Shown one piece after another: positions 1-5,908 of a stretch of DNA of 32,000 bases (positions within the stretch are counted from its first letter, which is position 1; the number at the start of each line of letters is the position of its first letter). The notes below the pieces were generated by a model, which worked only from the letters and a program-made list of their open reading frames with translations, was not told the origin of the DNA and ran no database searches. Source of the DNA: Salmonella phage beppo; the sequence record MT074455.1, one strand, 5' to 3'. The translations under genes were made by a program, and so were the position numbers.

Positions 1-40
1 CCATCACCGCTGCTCATTCCGTAGTTCCTCCCAAAATCTC

Positions 41-330
41 ATCGGATTCGCACTTCTCCCCAAACTCACACAATCACACACCCTCTCATCGAAGTCACAA
101 AAATCTTGTCGGATTTGCACACCTTAACACTTGTCGGATTTGCACATACTCTAGTAAATCCAGCTGGATTGCATCGCAGTTGCGGATTGCTGGAGTTTTT
201 AGGAAAATTCATTGTCGGATTCGCACATATAAAAAATATTTGCCATCGGATTTGCACACTACCAAAAATTGTCGGATTCGCACATGCACGCTGGCACGTA
301 ATCCGTGGGGGCAAATGTCGGATTTGCACA
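41..330. repeat. Seven interspersed direct repeats (iteron-like), consensus TTGTCGGATTTGCACA / TTGTCGGATTCGCACA
   Basis: Read directly: ~41-53 (partial), 106-121, 131-146, 212-227, 243-258, 269-284, 315-330; all in the same orientation with spacers of about 9-65 nt. Confidence 0.9.
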
Positions 331-335
331 AAAGC

Positions 336-354
336 GCAGGGCAATTTGCCCTGC
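336..354. repeat. Perfect 19-nt palindrome GCAGGGCAATTTGCCCTGC
   Basis: Arms GCAGGGCAA/TTGCCCTGC around one central base. No U-tract on either side. Confidence 0.85.
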
Positions 355-361
355 CTGCCGA

Positions 362-508
362 AATGCGAATGATAATGAGATTGATTCACCTTTGAGAAGT
401 TGAATGCGAATGATAATGATTCGCGTTTAGAAGGGGGAATGAGAATGGTTATCCTTTACAGAGTTGAATACGAATGAGTCGCATAATGAGAATGATTCGC
501 ATTTAGAA
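362..508. repeat. Degenerate repeat/palindrome array rich in (G)AATGATAATG / GAATGATTCGC units, Fur-box-like
   Basis: AATGCGAATGATAATGA occurs at 362-378 and 403-419. AATGATTCGC(G/A)TTTAGAA occurs at 415-432 and 491-508. GCGAAT-N7-ATTCGC palindrome at 406-424. Confidence 0.75.
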
Positions 509-536
509 AGCGAAGTGAGAAACACTGTTATTTAAG

Positions 537-545
537 TTATCCACA
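537..545 (+). promoter_or_regulatory. DnaA box TTATCCACA
   Basis: Exact match to the canonical DnaA box. A TTATCAACA variant lies at 610-618. Confidence 0.6.
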
Positions 546-626
546 GGTTTATTAACAGCACGATTTGACTTGACAAAATCCTAGCGATTTTGAGGCGTTT
601 TCAACAGACTTATCAACAGGTTATTC

Positions 627-646
627 TACTGTATAAATATACAGTA
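627..646. promoter_or_regulatory. LexA/SOS-box-like operator TACTGTATAAATATACAGTA
   Basis: Near-perfect 20-nt palindrome with the CTGT-N8-ACAG core and TA flanks of the enterobacterial LexA consensus. A TATAAA -10-like hexamer lies inside it at 632-637. Confidence 0.65.
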
Positions 647-676
647 TTCCTGTGTAGTGAATAACTCTAATATAGC

Positions 677-703
677 TCTAAAACGCTCTGTAACGCATTC
701 TAA
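677..703 (+). repeat. 27-bp direct repeat copy 1 (TCTAAAACGCTCTGTAACGCATTCTAA)
   Basis: Identical to 3947-3973. Confidence 0.95.
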
Positions 704-791
704 CGCGTTTATTTTTGGAGGAGGTATTTTAATAAGGGGAAATTTGAGGAAGGCCCGAAAAAGTGGGGCCGATAGTTACGCCCCGTTATTA

Positions 792-986
792 TTAGTCTGG
801 TAGTCGATGTGTGATCTTTTCGCTTTCTCCGTAGGAGTCTACCAAATGTTGATAGTATCCATCCTCATCATAAATCACTTTATCATAATCGCCACGCTCG
901 ACTAATTGCCTATTTTCTAGCGTATCAGGCACAAAGAAAGTATCCACGGTAACAGTAGTTTTAGTTACAACAATTTTATCACTCAT
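792..986 (-). CDS. Hypothetical pre-early-region protein, 64 aa
   Basis: ORF track; AGGAGC upstream of the ATG. Confidence 0.55.
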   Translation of the reverse strand: MSDKIVVTKTTVTVDTFFVPDTLENRQLVERGDYDKVIYDEDGYYQHLVDSYGESEKITHRLPD

Positions 987-1006
987 AACGCCATCGCTCC
1001 TAGAAT

Positions 1007-1025
1007 GAGAATGATTATCAATATC
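1007..1025. promoter_or_regulatory. Fur-box-like site GAGAATGATTATCAATATC
   Basis: 16/19 match to GATAATGATAATCATTATC; lies just upstream of the RBS and start of the 986..792 gene. Confidence 0.45.
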
Positions 1026-1052
1026 ATTGTAAAGCCATTACCAAATCGTAAA

Positions 1053-1073
1053 CGCTGGGAATGTTTCCCAGCG
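1053..1073. repeat. Hairpin CGCTGGGAA-TGT-TTCCCAGCG
   Basis: 9-bp perfect stem, 3-nt loop, in the gap between the minus-strand genes at 1117 and 986. Confidence 0.7.
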
Positions 1074-1116
1074 GTATTATTAGATTTATGGCTTTGTGTT
1101 TTTCGCCACCAGCTAT

Positions 1117-1329
1117 TCACGGTTTTAAATTCTCTATAGTTAATTTTGCGCGAATAGTGATTCCATATAATTCGCCTCCCTTGTTTCTTACATCAGGTAG
1201 CCAGTCCCACAATTCAGGGTATCCGCTTAAAATTCCTAGCGATGCAAGATTAGCAATAAAACCGGCTATAGTAACCGCTTCCAGTGAAATAGTTACACGA
1301 TTATTAATAACTAAAGTAAACTTTTTCAT
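1117..1329 (-). CDS. Hypothetical protein, 70 aa
   Basis: ORF track; overlaps the preceding gene by 4 nt in a compact minus-strand operon. Confidence 0.6.
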   Translation of the reverse strand: MKKFTLVINNRVTISLEAVTIAGFIANLASLGILSGYPELWDWLPDVRNKGGELYGITIRAKLTIENLKP

Positions 1330-1670
1330 TGCGACACCTTTCGAAACGCTGTTTCGATACTTTCAGCGGTTGATTGAATATACGCGCCTTTCATAATCAG
1401 GCGCTCTGTACACACTTTGCGGAAAATGTCAATAAATTCATTTTCATTTTCCGCTATTAACGCTTCCCCCATAACCTGAACATCACAAGACCCAAAAGTT
1501 AAAAATTGAAATGCTAGTTCACGGGCGACAACGGCAGAAATTTTATAATGTGCTTTGCCCTCATAGATATTAACCACGCCTTTATAAACTGGTGAAAGCT
1601 GATTTAAATAGTTTGCTAATAATGCCGTCCGGCAATTAGTAACAAAACGATTGCCCTCATAAATTACCAT
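1326..1670 (-). CDS. Hypothetical protein, 114 aa
   Basis: ORF track; start overlaps the end of the small upstream ORF 1664..1789. Confidence 0.65.
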   Translation of the reverse strand: MVIYEGNRFVTNCRTALLANYLNQLSPVYKGVVNIYEGKAHYKISAVVARELAFQFLTFGSCDVQVMGEALIAENENEFIDIFRKVCTERLIMKGAYIQSTAESIETAFRKVSQ

Positions 1671-1789
1671 GATAGCATTTCCCCTGCGATTGCAACAATG
1701 ATCATTAGCTGGCTAATAATAACTATGCCAAAACATACGCTGAGGATCACTCCCCAGAAACGAAACGCTGTTTTAATTTGCGCTATCAT
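1664..1789 (-). CDS. Small membrane protein, 41 aa (MIAQIKTAFRFWGVILSVCFGIVIISQLMIIVAIAGEMLSW)
   Basis: Not in the ORF track. Translated by hand: start overlaps the previous stop (ATGA), stop overlaps the next gene, central hydrophobic helix. Confidence 0.55.
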   Translation of the reverse strand: MIAQIKTAFRFWGVILSVCFGIVIISQLMIIVAIAGEMLSW

Positions 1790-1998
1790 AATACCCCACG
1801 AAATGCAGCGTAAAAGGTGGCAAAGTGTTTGACCGTTTCGGCTACCAAATTTCCGCGCTTGTCAAATTTCTTTTCAGTAACACGGAAAGCATTTTTGTTG
1901 CGTGCTACATATTCAATTTTACAATCTGGACGCTCGAACGTGTTAACATCCACCAGCTTAAAACCTTTGGAACGGGCAAGGGAAATATTCTTTAACAT
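1786..1998 (-). CDS. Hypothetical protein, 70 aa, basic
   Basis: ORF track; 2 nt downstream of the stop codon of 2001..2150. Confidence 0.6.
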   Translation of the reverse strand: MLKNISLARSKGFKLVDVNTFERPDCKIEYVARNKNAFRVTEKKFDKRGNLVAETVKHFATFYAAFRGVL

Positions 1999-2000
1999 TT

Positions 2001-2150
2001 TTATTCCCCTTTACCAGTCATACAGCCTAACAAGTAAGAAAACCCCGCGATACCTGCTCCGATAATAACCACGTGAACGCCGAAAGCTATTACAAACAGC
2101 GATAAAATAGCGCCCAAGATACTAGCCAGAATAGATCGAAAAATAACCAT
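2001..2150 (-). CDS. Small membrane protein, 49 aa (MVIFRSILASILGAILSLFVIAFGVHVVIIGAGIAGFSYLLGCMTGKGE)
   Basis: Not in the ORF track. Translated by hand: TAGGAGG Shine-Dalgarno upstream of the ATG, long hydrophobic span. Confidence 0.65.
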   Translation of the reverse strand: MVIFRSILASILGAILSLFVIAFGVHVVIIGAGIAGFSYLLGCMTGKGE

Positions 2151-2213
2151 TTTAACGCCTCCTAGAAATTAGGGAAAATTTTCAGTCCACCGTTTCGGTG
2201 TAAAGGCATTATA

Positions 2214-2244
2214 ACAAAAAAGGCCGCCGATTAGGGCGACCTTT
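2214..2244 (-). terminator. Intrinsic terminator downstream of the 333-aa gene
   Basis: Minus-strand AAGGtCGCC-CTAATC-GGCGgCCTT stem followed by TTTTTTG. Confidence 0.8.
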
Positions 2245-2269
2245 ACAAAACTTTACATTAGACTATTTA

Positions 2270-3271
2270 TTACTCACTTTCGGTGTTAGTGGTAAAAGTA
2301 GAAATGTCAATACCTTTTACCATTTCATCGATCATTTCCGCAATATTGAAACTCTGTACCATTTCCAACATTGCCGCTTCCATTGCCGCGCCTGCTACCG
2401 CTTTAGCTTTTGCGTTAGTCGGGGCGTACTGGTCAACCGCTACGCTTAACAGGTTAGCGATCACTACGCGACCAATCGGAGTATCAATATAACCTTTAAT
2501 CATAAACGGCGCTTTTTTAGCCGCTACTTTTGTGATTTGAGTCAATGCAATTTTACCCGCTTCCAGTTTAGCAGCGTTTACAACGGCAGATTTGTTAGCA
2601 GCAACGATAGAAGATACTTTAGACATAATATTTCCTTTATTTTCAGTAGTTTGCGCATTTGCGCTTGAAGTTTGAGAGTTTACAGCCTGTTTTGGTACAT
2701 TGTCAACCGATTTTAACGTAAATCCAGCGTTTGCAATGTTTGATTCATTCCCATACCCTAAATAATCATCAGGGATCAACATGTTACCCGTTGAACGTTC
2801 AAAACATAATACGCCAGTTGTTTCGATTGCGTCACTATCCGCGCCTTTATAACTGGATGATAATTCACGCCAGATACTATTTAATAACGATCCGACACTA
2901 TCCAGTCTGATACTATTTACTTTTGTTGCTGTTACCTGCTCCTTTTCTTGCACGTTATATAATCGCGCAATGTAACCACTATGGGACTCACTATAACCAA
3001 CAATGATAAAATCAATATCAGTTCCCCGACTGTTACGGAAAATGTGATAATCACGGTTGAAAATTACTAGCGCCCTTGTCTGGTCTAGTAATAGCGTGAA
3101 ATCATCGACTGAATAATGAGTATCATTATTATCTAAAATATCCTCGTGAATTTTTTCAACCATTGCGGCGGTGTGCTGAATACTTGCCGCACTACTACCA
3201 TCTAGCAGGTTGCGCAAACTACCTTTAACAATAGTTGCGTTTGCTGGTACTGCAATTCTTACAGTAGACAT
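2270..3271 (-). CDS. Uncharacterised pre-early-region protein, 333 aa, with a possible internal start at Met (2626)
   Basis: Long ORF, SD-like GGGAGA before the ATG, terminator downstream. Confidence 0.8.
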   Translation of the reverse strand: MSTVRIAVPANATIVKGSLRNLLDGSSAASIQHTAAMVEKIHEDILDNNDTHYSVDDFTLLLDQTRALVIFNRDYHIFRNSRGTDIDFIIVGYSESHSGYIARLYNVQEKEQVTATKVNSIRLDSVGSLLNSIWRELSSSYKGADSDAIETTGVLCFERSTGNMLIPDDYLGYGNESNIANAGFTLKSVDNVPKQAVNSQTSSANAQTTENKGNIMSKVSSIVAANKSAVVNAAKLEAGKIALTQITKVAAKKAPFMIKGYIDTPIGRVVIANLLSVAVDQYAPTNAKAKAVAGAAMEAAMLEMVQSFNIAEMIDEMVKGIDISTFTTNTESE

Positions 3272-3520
3272 TTCTTTGTCTCCCTCGTTAATCGGTGAGT
3301 GAATGATATAGATAATTGTTCGCTAGGGGCAAGAAAAAAGAAAAGGTTTTTTATTCCTTGCCTAACGCTTGTTTTTATGATACCCGCGTGTTTTCTATTT
3401 CTAGCTCCCTGTAAGCGTACACAAGGCTTTATTATAATAAGGGTAGCAGTGAGAAAACGCCGTGTAGCGTGTTCTAGACGCCTTAAAATCGACATCCTTA
3501 TAATATGCTACCAGTTTACC

Positions 3521-3536
3521 CTGTATATTTATACAG
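3521..3536. promoter_or_regulatory. Second LexA/SOS-box-like operator CTGTATATTTATACAG
   Basis: Palindromic CTGT-N8-ACAG core; ~250 bp upstream of the 3271..2270 gene. Confidence 0.6.
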
Positions 3537-3546
3537 TAGGATAAGC

Positions 3547-3616
3547 TGTGGATACGTCTGTGGATAAGTCGCCAAAACGTCGCCTATTGCGTCAAGTTAT
3601 TTTGTGCTGTGGATAA
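3547..3616 (-). promoter_or_regulatory. DnaA box cluster (TGTGGATAC 3547-3555, TGTGGATAA 3559-3567, TGTGGATAA 3608-3616)
   Basis: Two canonical boxes and one near-canonical box in the same orientation within 70 bp, plus GGGGATAAG at 3621-3629. Confidence 0.6.
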
Positions 3617-3946
3617 CTTTGGGGATAAGTTAAATGATAGTGGTTCTCACTTAGCCTGATAGTTTCTTATAGTTATTATTTCTCATTAATTTATATGTAT
3701 ATTATATATTATGAAATAGTTAGTTGGCTAATAGGATTTTCCTTGATTAGTAGTCTGCTAATGATTTCAGCCGTTACAATCCACCAGCGTGATTATCATC
3801 TCAGCGATTATTAGTCTGCTAACCAATCAATACACGTCTAAACTTATTTGTCAATGAAAAATAACAGCAGAAAATACTTTTTTTAAAAATCAAGTGGATA
3901 ACTCATTAAATTTCATTTTTGCTTTTTGTATAAGTTATTAACAGGG

Positions 3947-3973
3947 TCTAAAACGCTCTGTAACGCATTCTAA
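3947..3973 (+). repeat. 27-bp direct repeat copy 2
   Basis: Identical to 677-703. Confidence 0.95.
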
Positions 3974-4197
3974 GCGCCTCAGGGGAAAAGATAGGCAATC
4001 ATAAGAGGTACACCGAGAAAACCTCACCACGAGGATTTTAGATTTTGTCAAGTAGGGCAAAGCAAATATAAATGAAAAAATTACTTGCTTAAATGGTTGT
4101 TTTCGTGTTATTCGCGCGCCCGTTTCATTTAATTTAGTGCGCCGCTGGACGTGGTGCGGTGGCGTTTGTCTTTACGTTTCTTTACAAAAATACGCTT

Positions 4198-4226
4198 GCG
4201 CCATTTTCGGGAATAACCTATTATTT
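4198..4226 (+). promoter_or_regulatory. Candidate sigma70 promoter TTGCGC-N17-TATTAT upstream of the plus-strand pre-early genes
   Basis: Spacing and hexamers; located upstream of a structured leader carrying boxA. Confidence 0.4.
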
Positions 4227-4277
4227 ATCTCGTAGGACGGCAAGACGGAAACGAGAGGCCAGACTACAACGGCGGGG

Positions 4278-4339
4278 AAGTTTACCGCCATGCTCTTTAA
4301 AAACTAGGGAACATCTTAAAGCCTATCGGCGGTAAACTT
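4278..4339. repeat. Inverted repeat AAGTTTACCGCC ... GGCGGTAAACTT (12-bp perfect arms) enclosing boxA
   Basis: 4278-4289 versus 4328-4339. Confidence 0.85.
4291..4303 (+). promoter_or_regulatory. rrn-type boxA-like sequence TGCTCTTTAAAAA (copy 1)
   Basis: Close to E. coli rrn boxA TGCTCTTTAACA; repeated identically at 4623-4635. Confidence 0.5.
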
Positions 4340-4363
4340 ATATAATATAAGGAATCGACGATA

Positions 4364-4582
4364 ATGATCAAATCAAAAAACGCTTTAGTGATTAGTGCGA
4401 AACCTGCTAGCGCATTAGATAGCAGAACAAAAAATTTGTTGACAGTAGCACAACGATCTGTAAAATACAGATTCAAGCAATACAAGAAAGGTAAGCAGCA
4501 AGGTTTAGAAATGGTGTGGCGTAATATAATGATTGATTTATATAACTCCCATCAAATCGAAAAAAGTTTAAAAAACGCTTGA
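4364..4582 (+). CDS. Small basic hypothetical protein, 72 aa
   Basis: ORF with AAGGAA upstream; lies between the inverted repeats. Confidence 0.6.
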   Translation: MIKSKNALVISAKPASALDSRTKNLLTVAQRSVKYRFKQYKKGKQQGLEMVWRNIMIDLYNSHQIEKSLKNA

Positions 4583-4607
4583 CACGCTAGCCGATAGGTT
4601 TTAAGAT
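4579..4607 (+). promoter_or_regulatory. Candidate promoter TTGACA-N17-TAAGAT overlapping the right 22-bp repeat
   Basis: Consensus -35, 17-nt spacing, 4/6 -10; boxA follows immediately. Confidence 0.45.
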
Positions 4608-4622
4608 GTTCCCCGTAGTAAC

Positions 4623-4635
4623 TGCTCTTTAAAAA
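4623..4635 (+). promoter_or_regulatory. rrn-type boxA-like sequence TGCTCTTTAAAAA (copy 2)
   Basis: ACTGCTCTTTAAAAATTTGG resembles the E. coli rrn leader CACTGCTCTTTAACAATTTA. Confidence 0.55.
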
Positions 4636-4746
4636 TTTGGATAACGGTAATGTTTAGGCTAACTCCTAGCGGATTATAATCTAATAGCGTTTCAAAGTAT
4701 CGAGGCGCTATTGTGGAATAATCCCCAATAAACCGGAGTATTAAAA

Positions 4747-4998
4747 ATGCAAAACGTTATTACCGCGCCGAAAGTAGGTCAATCTGTTTTCATTCCTTTT
4801 GTAACTAAAACTGATGAATTAACCGGAAAAGCCGAACGTATCAAAGGTGCGGCGCTTGATCCCTTTGATAAGATTGAAGCGGTCTATGCGGAAACGGAAC
4901 GCAGTAACAACGGCAAGCCGATTTATAACGTCCGTGTTAAATCTGGCGACGTTGTAAAGGTCATTCAGAAAGATGATAAATGGCAAGCCATAGCATAA
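4747..4998 (+). CDS. Hypothetical pre-early protein, 83 aa
   Basis: ORF with the CCGGAGTATTAAAAATG start context shared with neighbours. Confidence 0.75.
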   Translation: MQNVITAPKVGQSVFIPFVTKTDELTGKAERIKGAALDPFDKIEAVYAETERSNNGKPIYNVRVKSGDVVKVIQKDDKWQAIA

Positions 4999-5012
4999 AT
5001 TAGTGTTACTTT

Positions 5013-5040
5013 TATATTGCCCTGAAATATGGGCAATATA
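5013..5040. repeat. Intergenic hairpin TATATTGCCC-TGAAATAT-GGGCAATATA
   Basis: 10-bp perfect stem, 8-nt loop. Confidence 0.85.
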
Positions 5041-5097
5041 ACGATTAACATTAGTTAATCATAATCCCTTAATTAATAATTGAATGGAGTATTTATT

Positions 5098-5514
5098 ATG
5101 TCTAACGTTAAAACCGAAAAAACCGCAAAATTCTCTTGGAACGAAGAAAACACCGAAAAGGCTGTTTCTATGTATTCTGAAATGGTCGCTAAAAGCGGGA
5201 TTGAGTTTGCGAATAGTGACGGCTTAAAAGAAATTGCCGCCGCCGTTGGCGCTGCTAGTCCGGTGTCTGTACGTTCTAAACTGACAAGCGCAAAAGCGTA
5301 CCAGAAAAGCGATAAACCGCGTAAAGTTGGCGGCGGGTCTAGTGTCCGTAAAGCTCACTATGTACGCGTCATTGCTAAACACGCCATTGATTCAGGTATC
5401 GTAAAAGATGCTGACGATCTGGCATCGCTGGAAAGTGCAAAATTGGAAACGCTGGACGTCGTAGCGCAATTGTTAGGCGTAGCGGAGGAAGTAAAACAGG
5501 CCGCAGGTGAATAA
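5098..5514 (+). CDS. A2: T5 A2-like pre-early protein, 138 aa (track start 5080 is a TTG; ATG at 5098 follows TGGAG)
   Basis: Position next to an A1-like gene, size close to T5 A2, and sequence character. Confidence 0.6.
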   Translation: MSNVKTEKTAKFSWNEENTEKAVSMYSEMVAKSGIEFANSDGLKEIAAAVGAASPVSVRSKLTSAKAYQKSDKPRKVGGGSSVRKAHYVRVIAKHAIDSGIVKDADDLASLESAKLETLDVVAQLLGVAEEVKQAAGE

Positions 5515-5522
5515 ATTTTAGT

Positions 5523-5544
5523 TAGCGGGGAATATTCCCCGCTA
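5523..5544. repeat. Perfect 22-bp palindrome TAGCGGGGAATATTCCCCGCTA
   Basis: Read directly in the intergenic gap. Confidence 0.95.
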
Positions 5545-5572
5545 TAATTTCCCTTTGACCGGAGTTATTAAA

Positions 5573-5800
5573 ATGATTTTCTTTCCTAGTGAAGCGTTTA
5601 TTTTAGGTTTATTTATAGTTGCCGCTATATTTATATTTAATTACGGCAAATATATAATCTCTATTATCGGCATTAATTCAGCTTATGCCGCTGATATGTT
5701 TAAACGTCAAGCTAATAAACAAAAATATCTGGCGATTATATTTTTAACGCTGGCTATTAGTTGCGGGTTTAGTTCTAGTCTTATGCCAATTCTAGAATAA
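5573..5800 (+). CDS. Small predicted membrane protein, 75 aa
   Basis: Track start at 5555 precedes the CGGAG SD; ATG at 5573 is better placed. Two hydrophobic segments. Confidence 0.6.
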   Translation: MIFFPSEAFILGLFIVAAIFIFNYGKYIISIIGINSAYAADMFKRQANKQKYLAIIFLTLAISCGFSSSLMPILE

Positions 5801-5810
5801 TATTGCAAAT

Positions 5811-5869
5811 TATAACGCCTTTTAAATTGTCCTCACTTCAGGCAAGGCGTTATATTTGGCAATATTGCC
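5811..5869. repeat. Intergenic hairpin TATAACGCCTT...AAGGCGTTATA (5811-5821/5844-5854) plus 12-bp palindrome GGCAATATTGCC (5858-5869)
   Basis: Read directly upstream of the A1-like gene. Confidence 0.85.
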
Positions 5870-5908
5870 AGTATTAATATTTATCCCTTTATAGGAGTTG
5901 ATTTAGTT

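Larger units (their letters stand above)
4308..4612. repeat. 22-bp inverted repeats (21/22 match) flanking the 72-aa ORF
   Basis: GGAACATCTTAAAGCCTATCGG (4308-4329) versus CCGATAGGTTTTAAGATGTTCC (4591-4612). Confidence 0.85.

Noticed and set aside
41-330. CRISPR-like array
   Set aside because: Repeats are only 16 nt, spacing is irregular (about 9-65 nt), and no cas genes are present.
66-395. Overlapping ORFs 66..389 (-), 106..372 (+), 180..395 (+)
   Set aside because: Their translations are made of repeated CANPT/VQIR/FAH strings generated by the iterons in different frames. Three competing frames and no convincing RBS indicate non-coding repeat DNA.
3259-3544. Opposed ORFs 3259..3495 (-) and 3299..3544 (+)
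   Set aside because: Low-complexity basic peptides overlapping each other and the upstream region of the 333-aa gene; better explained as a regulatory region.
4297-4485. Minus ORF of 62 aa opposite ORF 4364..4582
   Set aside because: The plus ORF has a better RBS and fits the operon direction; the minus ORF overlaps the structured boxA leader.
4308-4612. Insertion sequence interpretation of the 22-bp inverted repeats
   Set aside because: The internal 72-aa ORF lacks transposase features and no target-site duplication is evident. The repeats fit an RNA-structure or regulatory role better, though a non-autonomous element is not fully excluded.
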